Source of the DNA: an uncultured Chromatiaceae bacterium
GTDB lineage: Bacteria > Pseudomonadota > Gammaproteobacteria > DRLM01
Length of the DNA stretch: 64,000 bases
NCBI GenBank assembly: GCA_945787555.1
Contig: CALZJG010000137.1
Span: 532-64,531 of the forward strand
Direction: 5' to 3'
Part shown: in pieces, positions 21,230 to 31,915 of the stretch
Layout: each line of letters opens with the position of its first letter
Numbering within the stretch: the first letter of the stretch is position 1
Program-made: the position numbers and the translations under genes
Notes under the pieces: generated by a model
The model's database searches: none
Told to the model about the DNA's origin: nothing
Seen by the model: only the letters and a program-made list of their open reading frames with translations

Positions 21230-21634
21230 TCAGTTCAATAGATCCGCAGGGATCTTGCCGCCGTTTTCGGCCAACTTTAGCAGCACGGTCTTGTGCAGCC
21301 ACATGTTCATCTGCGCCGAATCGCCCATCTTGTCGGCAGGGCAACCCAGTTCGGTCGCCAGCTCCTTGCGCACTGCAAGGCTGCTGTCAAGGCCTAGCAG
21401 CTTCATCAGATCGACGATGGATACTTTCCAGTTGAGTTTTTCGGCGTGCGCGCTTGCCAATCCCTCGAGCTTGGCAACGACATCGACCTCGCTGATCGCC
21501 ACCGGGGCAGGTGCGGCAACAGGATCAAGTTGCGGCGTAGTAGGAACCTCAACCGCAGGAGCGACTTCGGCGACCACTGCCTTCTTGTCGTCACCAAAAC
21601 CGAGTTTGGACAGGATGCTGCTAAAGATCCCCAT
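21230..21634 (-). CDS. DUF3597 domain-containing protein
   Basis: The N-terminus MGIFSSILSKLGFGDDKK is the hallmark start of DUF3597 proteins, and the C-terminal conserved block DLMKLLGLDSS...ELATELG is present. Confidence 0.65.
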   Translation of the reverse strand: MGIFSSILSKLGFGDDKKAVVAEVAPAVEVPTTPQLDPVAAPAPVAISEVDVVAKLEGLASAHAEKLNWKVSIVDLMKLLGLDSSLAVRKELATELGCPADKMGDSAQMNMWLHKTVLLKLAENGGKIPADLLN

Positions 21635-21872
21635 TTTATTTCCTTTACATGGTTGATTGAATGGCCATTATATACTTTCACTGGGACAGCTACTTACCCG
21701 TCTTTTCTCGTTCACGCGAAAACTTTGCGACACAACTGATTTTGGTCTTATAGCCGCGCTAACGGCGGTTGCATCGCGCTTCAACATCACACCCTTTCGG
21801 GAAATGTTTATTGTAAAGGAAGCCATTGCGTGCACGCGCCGAACCGCATTTCCGCCATGGCACAATGCAATA

Positions 21873-23246
21873 TTACTGCTGTTTGATTGGCGCTTCCTTG
21901 ACCTGATGGCGGCTTACCAGACGACGCAGGCGGCGCACGGCAAAAAACACCGCCCCCACGACCACCGGAATGGCAAGCCCGGTCGCCAACTCCACATTCA
22001 ATCCGACACCGGCCCCCTTCACGGCCTTGAGTCCGTAGCCGACCAAACCCACCAGGTAATAACTCAATACCACCACTGATAGCCCTTCCACGGTCTGTTG
22101 AAGACGCAGCTGCGTATGGGCCCGCTTGTCCATTGAGCGCAACAGGTCGCTCGTCTGCCCTTCCATAGTGATGTTGACCCGCGTTCTCAGCAAATCAGAT
22201 GCACGCGCTACCCGCATGGACAATGCTTCCAGCGTGTCATGTACCGATTCACAGTGATCAATAGCCGCCGATAAACGCTGCTCCATGAACTCGCGAAAGG
22301 TCTGCAAGCCCTGAATGCGCTCTTCGCGCAGTTCGCCGATGCGGGCCTGAACGATATGGTAATACTCCAGCGAGGCGCGTATACGATAATTTGTTGCGGC
22401 GGAAATCCGTTCGACTTCAGCAGCCAAACGCATCAGTTCGTCAAGCAGGCGCTGCTCATCCTCTAAAGTGTCTAATGCGGTGATGCCCTCGGTCAATTCA
22501 GCAAGCCGTTTGTCAAAGCGCGCTAGTTCCGGGCCATACTTACGCACAAGCGGCAAGGGTAGCAATGCCAACATACGAAAAGTTTCTATCTCCAGTAAGC
22601 GCTGAACCAACCGCCCCGCCTGGCGACGGCGAAGGTTTACATCCTGCACCAGGATGCGTCCAAAGCCATCTGAGTCGATCCGATAATCGGTCCAGGCAAC
22701 GGCCCCTCCAGCAGATACCGCACTGCCTATCACGGTATTGGATGTGAATAACCTCCCCAGCTCTCTCAGTTCTCGTTGCGGCCGGCTCGCATGGTCCAAA
22801 GCCAAATGAGTCGCAACCAAGACCTCACCCGGTAGACTCGCCAACCATTCCTTGGGTACATAGTTGATCGCCGGGTCCGCAAACGGAACCTCAAAAGGTG
22901 CGGAATGAAAAAAGGTATAGGTGGAAAACTCTCCATGCCGCACCCACTTCAGGCGAAACGACCCCAGTTTGGCGCTGAAATGGAGTGCGTGGGCGGCCGG
23001 TGGATTCACCCCGTAGCGATCACACAGTTGTGCGATCAGCCGCCGCTCCTCGTCGGTCGCCTCAATGCCACACAGTAGCGCGAGGTGCGACGCCTGTACC
23101 GGGGCAGCGAGCAGCTCGTAAGGCCCCGCATGTAATTCATTGTGAAGGGTAAAACGTAAAGAGTACTCGGGCACACCCACTACAGTGCTCCGCAACGGTT
23201 CGGGGAAGACCGTTGCCGTTCTAGGCTGTGAATTTGCCGTATTCAT
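21873..23246 (-). CDS. DUF3422 family membrane-anchored protein
   Basis: 457 aa with a large soluble N-terminal domain, a coiled-coil central region and a C-terminal transmembrane pair (LSVVVLSYYLVGLVGYGL...LAIPVVVGAVFFAV). The layout and several blocks (RFTLHNELH, WTDYRID) fit DUF3422. Confidence 0.55.
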   Translation of the reverse strand: MNTANSQPRTATVFPEPLRSTVVGVPEYSLRFTLHNELHAGPYELLAAPVQASHLALLCGIEATDEERRLIAQLCDRYGVNPPAAHALHFSAKLGSFRLKWVRHGEFSTYTFFHSAPFEVPFADPAINYVPKEWLASLPGEVLVATHLALDHASRPQRELRELGRLFTSNTVIGSAVSAGGAVAWTDYRIDSDGFGRILVQDVNLRRRQAGRLVQRLLEIETFRMLALLPLPLVRKYGPELARFDKRLAELTEGITALDTLEDEQRLLDELMRLAAEVERISAATNYRIRASLEYYHIVQARIGELREERIQGLQTFREFMEQRLSAAIDHCESVHDTLEALSMRVARASDLLRTRVNITMEGQTSDLLRSMDKRAHTQLRLQQTVEGLSVVVLSYYLVGLVGYGLKAVKGAGVGLNVELATGLAIPVVVGAVFFAVRRLRRLVSRHQVKEAPIKQQ

Positions 23247-23935
23247 GATCGGATACTTTCCTTTAATTAAACGTTTCTTTAGTTATTGGCACCACCTTGG
23301 GGTGATCAACCCTCCGGTGCCGGCTGACAACATGAATGCGTTCAGCTGTTGCCCAAATCAAACAATAAGTCCGCCCCCAAAGCGCACAAAAGCGGTGTCG
23401 CTTCAAGAGACACACTAAAAATATGTCTTTCGTATTACTGAGGTGTGTGTCGAATGCACACAATCAGAAGTCCCTGTCGGGGCCAGAAACATTGACTGTG
23501 CGGATTGTATAGTTGTTTTCGCTATTAAAACATCGTTTTATGCTTCAAAAGATCTGGTGCTGCCTAATGAAGACAGTCGTACCCATAATAAGTTCAGATA
23601 ATGGGGGGCTGCCGTTTCGCCTACACGCCAGTTTGTACCCGCCGGCGGCCTGAGTTGCCGAAAGACCTTATCCAAAACAGGCGTGTATTTGAGCACTCAG
23701 CGATTGAGACTGGAATGGTCGATTCCAACGACACGTTCCTGCATCATCTCCTCCAATTGCCCGTAGCGGATGGGTTAAGCCACATACCAGCGGACGCGCC
23801 AATGGAGGAAATCTCGCTCAAACTGGCCGCCCTTGAAATCCATCATCGTCCCTTCGCTGTCTGAACATTTGCGGGAAGCCTATCCAGTCTCGGCGGAATT
23901 TATTGTTCTCCTGCCTAAAGTAGCAGCGCGGAAAT

Positions 23936-23961
23936 AAAAAGCTCCGCCCTGGGGCGGAGCC
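23936..23961 (-). terminator. Rho-independent terminator of the cold-shock gene
   Basis: On the minus strand this reads GGCTCCGCCCCAGGGCGGAGC followed by TTTTT: a GC-rich hairpin plus a U-tract about 30 nt after the csp stop. Confidence 0.55.
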
Positions 23962-23991
23962 ATACTCTTAGGCTAGGGCTATCCAACTATT

Positions 23992-24210
23992 TTATTGGGG
24001 TATGACATTTACCGCGCTAGGGCCTTTAGCCCCTTGCTCGGTTTCAAAAGACACCGCCTGCCCCTCAGCCAGTGATTTGAACCCACCCGCTTGAATAGCG
24101 GAGTGATGGACGAACACGTCGGGACTACCATCCGCGGGAGAAATAAATCCAAAACCCTTACTGTCATTAAACCATTTTACTGTGCCTGTAGCCATTCTGG
24201 TCACCTTCAT
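23992..24210 (-). CDS. cspA: Cold-shock protein, CspA family
   Basis: [51 protein letters not shown] includes RNP1-like (KGFGFI) and RNP2-like (VFVHH) motifs. The likely start is the internal ATG at 24195, giving [10 protein letters not shown]. Confidence 0.9.
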   Translation of the reverse strand: MKVTRMATGTVKWFNDSKGFGFISPADGSPDVFVHHSAIQAGGFKSLAEGQAVSFETEQGAKGPSAVNVIPQ

Positions 24211-24525
24211 CTATTGAACACTGCATTAGTGTGCAGATTACTGCCGAGAAATCGCACCAGGGAATGTACCATTTCCTGTAGGCGGGTCGGTTCAGGGCGA
24301 AAGTTCGGGCGCCTGCGGCGGAACGCGTCATCCGTATTTGTTAGCTCACAGCGTACATTTTTCGGCCCACCAACTGCCTCAAACCAGCGGAATGTTGATG
24401 CCCTCGTGTAAGGGCGACCCGTGCCCAACCCTGCTGGACCTCGGGCCTGGCATTCCCCGCAAAAGTCGCCACATAGTATATACCCATCGCGGATAGGTTT
24501 TCCCGGAAATTGTGCGTCCTACTGC

Positions 24526-25335
24526 TCATGCGCGAAACATCTTAATGATGTACCCGCCTGACTTCTCGTCACGCTCCAATTCGAGTAATTTTCGCGCCTG
24601 CGCCTCTTCCAGTAATTGGCTAAAGGTGCGAAAACCATGATAGGTTTCATTAAACCCAGGCTTGCGCCGCTTCAAGGTCTGCTTGACCATCGACCCCCAC
24701 ACCTTCTCCTCCTCGCCGCGCTCTTCAAACAGATCCCCGATCGTGGCCAGAACCAGATCCAGTGCTTCCTGCTTCTTCACCTCCTCAGGCTGCGTCGCCG
24801 TCTTGCTCGCCGCCTTTTCTACTGTCGTCTTGCGCTTCGCCTTCCGTTGCTTTTCGGCCTCTCGTACCAAGTCATCGTAGTAAATAAACTCATCGCAGTT
24901 GGATGTAAGCAGATCAGAGGTCGAATTTTTGACACCGACACCAATCACCACCTTGTTGTTTTCCCGCAGCTTGCTAACCAGCGGTGAAAAATCCGAATCA
25001 CCACTGATGATCACAAAAATGTCGACGTGAGACTTGGTGTAGCAGAGATCCAGCGCATCCACGACCATGCGAATATCGGCCGAGTTCTTGCCGGAGTGAC
25101 GCACATGAGGGATCTCGATCAACTCGAAGCTTGCCTCGTGCATAACCGCCTTGAATTCCTTGTAACGGTCCCAGTCGCAGTAGGCTTTCTTAACGACGAT
25201 ATTGCCCTTGAGAAGCAGGCGCTCAAGCACCTTTTGAATATCGAATGCGGCATACTTGGCGTCCCGCACGCCGAGCGCAACATTCTCGAAATCGCAGAAC
25301 AAAGCCATGTTCTGGGTCTTAGATTTTCCGCTCAT
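24526..25335 (-). CDS. NYN-domain (LabA-like) nuclease-fold protein with a C-terminal OST-HTH/LOTUS domain
   Basis: N-terminal NYN signature MALFCDFENVALG...VVKKAYCDWD...IISGDSDFSPLVSKLRENNKVVIGVG, and a C-terminal LOTUS-like region after a Lys/Glu-rich linker (GSMVKQTLKRRKPGFNETYHGFRTFSQLLEEA). Confidence 0.75.
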   Translation of the reverse strand: MSGKSKTQNMALFCDFENVALGVRDAKYAAFDIQKVLERLLLKGNIVVKKAYCDWDRYKEFKAVMHEASFELIEIPHVRHSGKNSADIRMVVDALDLCYTKSHVDIFVIISGDSDFSPLVSKLRENNKVVIGVGVKNSTSDLLTSNCDEFIYYDDLVREAEKQRKAKRKTTVEKAASKTATQPEEVKKQEALDLVLATIGDLFEERGEEEKVWGSMVKQTLKRRKPGFNETYHGFRTFSQLLEEAQARKLLELERDEKSGGYIIKMFRA

Positions 25336-25339
25336 ATTG

Positions 25340-26151
25340 CCTCTGGTGCCTCCTATAGTCCGAAAATATTCGATCAGGCCAATGCAGGCGCGAGGGAATA
25401 CTCGTTATGTAAGCCGCCCAGCACCGATCGCGCGCATACGACTGCTCCTGCGCCGAGATTATGCCGGAATTTACCGTTGGCGGGTGAGACCGTTCCTGGC
25501 GGCGGATCGAGAATACCCGGACCCAATTTCCGATGCGGGCACGCCACGTTGTAATGGGTACCCATTCTTTCAGCATCGATCGGTCTTGCGACCGCGACTG
25601 CGAGAGCGGAATCAACCCTTCCAAACATTCATGTCGGATCGTGCCGATCGCGGGCTCGCAGATCGCGTTTGCCTTCGGGCTGTGTGGCGGTGAATTGAGC
25701 ACGGTCAGCCCGAGATTCTTCATCGAATCGTCCAGGCGCTTGGCTAATATGCTGCCCCGATCGTGAATCAGATAGCGGTGGGCATCCTCGAAACCGATCG
25801 CCTCTCGTAGTTGCTGCAGTGTCCAGGCCGCCGTCGGGTGGGTCGTGACAATAAAATGCAGCGAGCGGCGCGAACCCTGATGGACCACCGCAAGCACGTA
25901 AAGCCGCCGGAACGTCGCCGTTACTGTAACGAAGAAGTCACAGGCAATGGTTGCCTTTGCGTATTGTTCTAGAACGTGGCCCAGCGCTGATCGCCGCGTG
26001 GACGACCAGGTGGCCGCTTGGACATGTACTTGCGGACGGTGCGCGGCGATACCCGGATAGCGAGCTTGAGCAAGAGTTCATTGGCAATGCGTTCCTCGCC
26101 CCGCAGCGGGTTCTCCACGGCTATGCGTCGCATCAATCGGCGGAGCGCCAA
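25340..26151 (-). pseudogene. Decayed IS copy B: near full-length rve-family DDE transposase with at least two frameshifts
   Basis: N-terminal HTH ORF MALRRLMRRIAVENPLRGEERIANELLLKLAIRVSPRTVRKYMSKRPPGRPRGDQRWATF stops at 25969. A shift of one nt continues LEQYAKATIACDFFVTVTA...AVVHQGSRRSLHF...HDRGSIL...SPKANAICEPAIGTIRHEC, where the D, D and E positions are visible. A further frameshift precedes the C-terminus ...THYNVACPHRKLGPGILDPPPG...GGLHNEYSLAPALA. Confidence 0.65.
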
Positions 26152-26496
26152 CGCAATGGGTGGACTGCCCGGCCGCGATCTTCAGTGCCAGAACAGGCGC
26201 CATCGCGCGCGGTGCCAGCGGATCCAGGTCTCGGGGCGCACCACGACCAGGGCATCACGCCAGTCAGACAATTGGGGAAGCAATGCCAGTGACGCGCGCG
26301 TTGCGGCATCCACGCGCCTGGGCATAATCCCACGTTCATGGTAAAGCGCCAATTTGCGGCAAAGTAAAGAGGTTCTCCACCTCGACAGATCGCCGCGGCC
26401 TCATCCACAGTGGAACCAGGCCGCCAAGGTCAGCCAGCAACCGAACGATGACTTGAATAGAGGTGATCAGGCTGCGATCACGCATAGTTAGGGACC

Positions 26497-26769
26497 ATGT
26501 CGTCAAGCCGGATACTCCCGAATGAGTGTTTGCGGATCACACCCGTTACTGACGACCAAACGCTATTGGCGCAGGCAGTTCAAGGCAAAGGTGATGGGTC
26601 GGCCTGGCTGGCCGAGCGCGATGAGCCTGAGAAACTGGACGTACTACGGCGCAACGTGGACACAGGCCTGCCCTGCGGTTCAGAGAAGTTCATTCGCAGG
26701 CTTGAGAAGATTACGGGAAGAGCGTTGCAGTATAGGCCGCGTCGGCGGCCCAAGAAGGTGCATGAATAG
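26497..26769 (+). pseudogene. C-terminal fragment of a REP-associated tyrosine transposase (RAYT/TnpA-REP, IS200-like)
   Basis: LDVLRRNVDTGLPCGSEKFIRRLEKITGRALQYRPRRRPKK resembles the conserved RAYT C-terminus (..IR.a...g..LGse.F...iE...gR.....k.GRPrk). No HUH/Tyr catalytic N-terminal part lies upstream. Confidence 0.4.
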
Positions 26770-28255
26770 AAAGGCTAGCGTCCCCTTTTCTCGTTCCCTT
26801 TTCTCCCTTTCTCCCGGGCTTCACGAAAATCGTTTAGCCCTACCTACCGGGCAGAAAGCTAAGCGTCGCGAAATGAATGCAAAAATGGAGAAGCGTCGAA
26901 AACAAGTATTATGGGTTTGGAACACGACTGCGGGTTCCGTCGCGGCAGACACGCGGCTAAATCGGCGTTTGCGGCGCTTGAAGCGTCAATAGATAGACGA
27001 GCATGGCGAAATTGACTAAACAAAGGAACCCCATCAAGCGAATAAAAACGCGTGTCCCGCCTGAATTGATAATCTGCAACATCGGGCTTTCTTCGTTACC
27101 CCGTGCGTTTGTTTTCCAAAACGTCGATAACAGGTCTTGTATCTTCTCAGGACGGTTGATGCCTCTTACCCCCACCCACAGGAAGAAAACCGCCATCATC
27201 AAGGTCATCAGGTCGCTCATCATCGCCAAGGTACTCTCGGTTGCCACTGCTAGCCCAATGTCAGACTCCGGGCGGCGAGAAAAATTCTCCGCGTCTTAAT
27301 GTTGATCTCTTCGACTGCTGCACCAGGTACAAGAATGGCATCTATTTCACTAAAACAATATAGACCATCGCACTCAGGCCAGCCCATCGGGGAAAAGTAC
27401 GTCGAAGAGTGTTCTTATGTCCAAGCCGCCCGGGACGCCTGCGAATTCCGCCCATGGGAAAGTCGACGCAAACCATCTCGGCTTAGTCGCACCGAGCTCG
27501 CCGGGGCCATGAACAACGTGCAGCGCTTGTGTTGACGCTGCGAGAAGCAAGATACAAAGAATTATAAACCCCATTTTCATCCTAGACTCAACGTATCGTT
27601 ACACCGGTTCACCACGCCTCTTCTTCTTTTCAAACAGCAAGCAATCGCGCAATCCGAGATCGGCTGGCCTGATTCTAGGGCTGTTAGCGCATTCGCGCCC
27701 TCGAGGTGGGACCATGCCCCCCTCTTCATCGCGGGTAGACAATAGCGATCCACCGGCCACCTTGGGCGGCTGGCCCATCCGCATGCTCAGTAAATACCCG
27801 CCTCGTCAGCGCGATCATGGCGCGCCGGCGCCCGTAGTGGCTGGGTGACAAGCCCACGTACGTGAGTATCTTGCGAATATCCGCGGGGTCCTCAATCGCA
27901 GCAAGAGCCTGCCCCGCGAAGCGCTTTGGGTATCACTCTAAGTTGATCGCCGCCGCTCGGGCAGATGTCGATGTCGATATCAAAGACCGGCTTCAACAGA
28001 CGTGCCCATTAGACCATCCTGTTCGTCAAGCGGACCAGATTCAATCGCGGCCGCGATACCAGTGCTGCCAATCTTTGACTGGATCTGACAGTGCCCTTCG
28101 CGGACATGGGAACGCGCCTAGGACCTTTACCCTTTCTCAGATAGGGCCTATACATAAAGTTGGAGCCCGTCGCCGCCAATGACCGGTGGCACACCGGGAC
28201 CCCGTCGAGGGAGGCGTCCGACGGCGTGAGGGCAACTGGATAAGGAGGAGTTGGT

Positions 28256-29350
28256 ATGGCCAGGAAGAAAACCCGAGTCACGGGTAAGAAGGACGGAGGC
28301 GCGGAGGCGCGCAAGTTCGGCTACTGCACCATGCCGATGGTGAAGCCGCGGGAGTTCGGTCCTGAGGTAAATCCGAACCGGTTCCGCCTCATCCGCATGA
28401 ACGACAAGAAGTGGGTCAACGGCACCAATCTGCACTATTACTTTTTCACCGCACCGAAGCGCTGGAGCACCAAGGAGCCGGAAAAGAATGTGGTGCGCAA
28501 CGCCTTCAAAATGTGGAAGGACATCGATATCGGTCTGGAATTCACCGAGGTCGATTCGGTGGACGAGGCGGAAATACGCATCGGCTTCCTGCGCGGCGAC
28601 GGCGCCTGGTCCTTCATCGGCCGCGACATCCTCACGATCGGCCAGGACGAGCGCACGATGAACTTCGGCTGGGACCTCACCGACCACCCGGGCGAGATCG
28701 ACACCGCCATTCACGAGATAGGCCACACCTTGGGCTTTCCCCATGAGCACCAAAACCCGTACGCCGGCATCGTCTGGGACGAGGAGACAGTCTACGCGGC
28801 TCTCGCCCAACCGCCGAACTCTTGGGATCGGCAGACCACCTATTACAATATTATCCGCAAGATCAGCGCCGATTCGGTGCAGGGCTCAAACTGGGACCCG
28901 GACTCGGTCATGCACTATCCCTTCGGCCCCGGGATGATCAAGGAGCCGAACCAGTATCGCAACGGCCTCATGCCCGCGGGCGGGATTTCCGCGCGAGACA
29001 AGGAATGGGCGAAGACCTTCTATCCGCGGATCAAGAAGCGTGACGTCTTGGCGCTGGAACCCTTCAAACCGGTGCGGCTCACCATCAACCCGGGCCAGCA
29101 GCTCAATTTCAGCATCACGCCGCCCTCGACACGCCGCTACGAAATCCGCACCTTCGGCAAGTCGGATACGGTGATGGTGCTGTTCGAGAATATCAACGGC
29201 GAGTTGCGCTACATCACTGGCGACGATGACAGCGGTCACGACACCAACGCCCGGATCCGCGTCAAGCTGTTCAAGGATCGGCGCTACGTGCTGCGGCTGC
29301 GCCTCTACTACAGCGCGCGTTCCGGGGATACCGCGATCATGCTGTGGTGA
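28256..29350 (+). CDS. Zinc metalloprotease, metzincin (astacin-like HExxHxxGxxHE) family
   Basis: HEIGHTLGFPHEHQ is the extended zinc-binding motif of astacin/serralysin-type metzincins, and a Met-turn candidate (SVMHYPF) follows. No obvious N-terminal signal peptide at the annotated start. Confidence 0.7.
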   Translation: MARKKTRVTGKKDGGAEARKFGYCTMPMVKPREFGPEVNPNRFRLIRMNDKKWVNGTNLHYYFFTAPKRWSTKEPEKNVVRNAFKMWKDIDIGLEFTEVDSVDEAEIRIGFLRGDGAWSFIGRDILTIGQDERTMNFGWDLTDHPGEIDTAIHEIGHTLGFPHEHQNPYAGIVWDEETVYAALAQPPNSWDRQTTYYNIIRKISADSVQGSNWDPDSVMHYPFGPGMIKEPNQYRNGLMPAGGISARDKEWAKTFYPRIKKRDVLALEPFKPVRLTINPGQQLNFSITPPSTRRYEIRTFGKSDTVMVLFENINGELRYITGDDDSGHDTNARIRVKLFKDRRYVLRLRLYYSARSGDTAIMLW

Positions 29351-29798
29351 GCGAGCGGGGCCACCGGCCTGTTAGTGTTCTACAAAAAACAGGGGACAGA
29401 TTGAGATAGATGGTTTCCCGACGATATCCTCGGGAGGGCGTGTGGCAACTGCCCGCCGCCAATTCCAGTCTCAATGGTCGCGCCACCTTCTGATAACTGA
29501 TTAGAGGATAGTCGGATAGCAGAATCTGGTCCCAGGTTCCCCAGTATTCGACCATCCACCGTCTGGTTGGGCGGGGTGCTTACACCCTCGATTGGGCTGG
29601 GGGCAATGAGGGTGTGACGGGATAGAACGATTTGTTCGTCATCTGACTTTCGATCGGCCTGTGCTTAGAACCATGCTGACTGAGAAACATAGTTGAAGTA
29701 TCAGTATAATGCAGGTCCGGCATGTCAAAATGGCGACGTTTTACCTCGTGTTATAACAATGAGGGCGCGCCGAAAGTGTCGCCTCCAGACCAGAAAAA

Positions 29799-31538
29799 GT
29801 GAGCGCTCTCATGTACACCTCAGTCAAAATCTGCTGTAGTCAACTTCTGCTACTTACGCTGCTTGTGTTGCCAAGCGGATGGGTTTTGGCGCAAGAAGAT
29901 GGGGCTGGCGCTGTTGAAAACGCGTCGATGTCGCCGTTAGTGGCGGAAGGCGATGCTTTAATTGAGAGAGTAGACGGGCTTAAAAAGAAGATCTCAAAAT
30001 GGCAGCAGATATTTCAGCATGCTAGCGGCGAAGATCGTGCCGTTGCGGCAACGCAAATCACACGTCAAGAGACGGAACTGCGCCATACGCTGGACGCCCT
30101 GATCAAACACTTCGCGCAACGCCGTAGCGAAGGATTGGCCAGCGAGGCATTACAGAATAGCCTAGCGCACTTGGTTGAAGAGGAGTCTCAGCGCGTTCAA
30201 GAACAGATCAAGCGAGCACAAGCGGCGGTTGCAGAATTGCGCACAGGGCGCGAAGCGCTGGCGCCATCGGAACTCCTGGCCCGTGAGCAGCTGTTGACAG
30301 AAGCGAATAAGGAGCTGAATCAACTACTCAAAGCACTGCTGAGCAATAGTGAGCGTCAAGTGACCCTCCAGCTTAACGCCGAGGCACCGTTGGCCGCGCT
30401 CGATAGCCTGTTAACAGAGCGGGCCGATATGCTGGCCGGGCGGGTCGAATTTGTGCAACAGCAATTGACGCAGCTAGCTAAACGCCTTGCTAAGGCCGCC
30501 AAGGGAGACCAAGAGGCGCTGGAAACGCAAAGAAGAGCCTTCCTAGAGAAGAAGCGCAACGCGACCAGCAGTCTGGCGGCGGTGTTGGCTTTGATGGATA
30601 AGCGGGCAATTGAGACCTCAGACTATAGTCAACTATTGATCAAGGCAACCGGTGAAATTAGCGGTGAGACGCTTGATACCAAAGTGCTCGTCGGATTGTC
30701 GCAACAGTGGCTTGATAGCGCCAAGGTTTGGCTTGTTGAGTATGGCCCGGGAATAGTCGTCAAGGTATTGGTCTTTATTGGCATTCTACTGGTCTTTAAG
30801 GTTCTATCAGGATTTGTAGGCCGCGTGGCGCGAAAAGCGATCAAGGCCTCTAAGGTGGCATTATCGCAACTGCTGCAAGAGTTTTTCATTTCGTTGTCGG
30901 CCAAAGTCGTCATGTTGATCGGTTTTCTGATTGCGATTTCACAGCTCGGCATTGAAATTGGACCGCTTTTGGCCGGTCTCGGTGTAGTTGGCTTTATAGT
31001 TGGCTTTGCCTTGCAGGATACGTTGTCTAACTTTGCTTCTGGACTAATGATTTTGATCTATCGTCCCTACGATGTTGGTGATGTAATCGAAGCCGGCGGG
31101 GTGATGGGAAAAGTCGATCAAATGAGCTTGGTCTCCACTACCATTTTGACTTTCGATAATCAGAAACTGGTTATTCCCAATAGCAAAATCTGGGGCGATG
31201 TCATTCGTAATGTTACCGCGCAAGATAGTCGTCGCGTCGACATGGTTTTTGGTATTGGCTATGCGGATGACCATGATAAGGCCGAAAGAGTGTTGCGAGA
31301 TATTATCGCTCAGCATCCTTTGGTGTTGGCTCAGCCTGAGCCGGTAATTAAGTTGCACACGCTGGGAGAGTCATCGGTCGATTTTATTGTGCGGCCGTGG
31401 GCGCGGACCAGCGACTATTGGGCAGTGTACTGGGATGTGACCCGCACTGTGAAACTGCGTTTCGACGCTGAAGAGATTTCGATTCCGTTCCCGCAACGGG
31501 ATGTACATATATACAATGCTTTGCCCAAGGCAACGTAA
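29799..31538 (+). CDS. Mechanosensitive ion channel, MscS family, with an N-terminal periplasmic coiled-coil domain
   Basis: Signal peptide (LLLLTLLVLPSGWVLAQ), a long coiled-coil region, then transmembrane helices and the MscS pore/beta-domain signature (GFALQDTLSNFASGLMILIYRPYDVGDVIEAGGVMGKVDQMSLVSTTILTFDNQKLVIPNSKI). Confidence 0.8.
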   Translation: MSALMYTSVKICCSQLLLLTLLVLPSGWVLAQEDGAGAVENASMSPLVAEGDALIERVDGLKKKISKWQQIFQHASGEDRAVAATQITRQETELRHTLDALIKHFAQRRSEGLASEALQNSLAHLVEEESQRVQEQIKRAQAAVAELRTGREALAPSELLAREQLLTEANKELNQLLKALLSNSERQVTLQLNAEAPLAALDSLLTERADMLAGRVEFVQQQLTQLAKRLAKAAKGDQEALETQRRAFLEKKRNATSSLAAVLALMDKRAIETSDYSQLLIKATGEISGETLDTKVLVGLSQQWLDSAKVWLVEYGPGIVVKVLVFIGILLVFKVLSGFVGRVARKAIKASKVALSQLLQEFFISLSAKVVMLIGFLIAISQLGIEIGPLLAGLGVVGFIVGFALQDTLSNFASGLMILIYRPYDVGDVIEAGGVMGKVDQMSLVSTTILTFDNQKLVIPNSKIWGDVIRNVTAQDSRRVDMVFGIGYADDHDKAERVLRDIIAQHPLVLAQPEPVIKLHTLGESSVDFIVRPWARTSDYWAVYWDVTRTVKLRFDAEEISIPFPQRDVHIYNALPKAT

Positions 31539-31915
31539 TTGACGTACCGATAGCGGGAACGTACTAGCGGAAAATGTCGGGCTTCACCGGCGCAGTCCCC
31601 TACCTGCGCGCTTTGCGAGCTTGTCGTCGGTTTTAGGGATAGTCGCCCCTTCTTGCAGGAAGGTTGTCAGGTCGGGGCAGATGAGACATCAACGTCTTTA
31701 CGATGATATTGGCGCCACCACGTACGTAGACTAGTGAAACTCCAGCCTTGGGGGTGAGATGCCGCATCGTCGGCATACGCCGGTGGAATTGCACTTAGGT
31801 TACTGTCTTACAGCCGGCGACCTACTTCAGTAATTAGTGGCTGGCAGCACGCGTGTTTGTTCGCACCCACATTGGCATGCTCGGATATTGGCGGAGTACA
31901 TCATATGATGTGGGC

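Noticed and set aside
28148-28810. 220-aa minus-strand ORF overlapping the metalloprotease gene
   Set aside because: It is antisense to the metzincin ORF, which has the diagnostic HExxHxxGxxHE motif, and its own translation is low-complexity.
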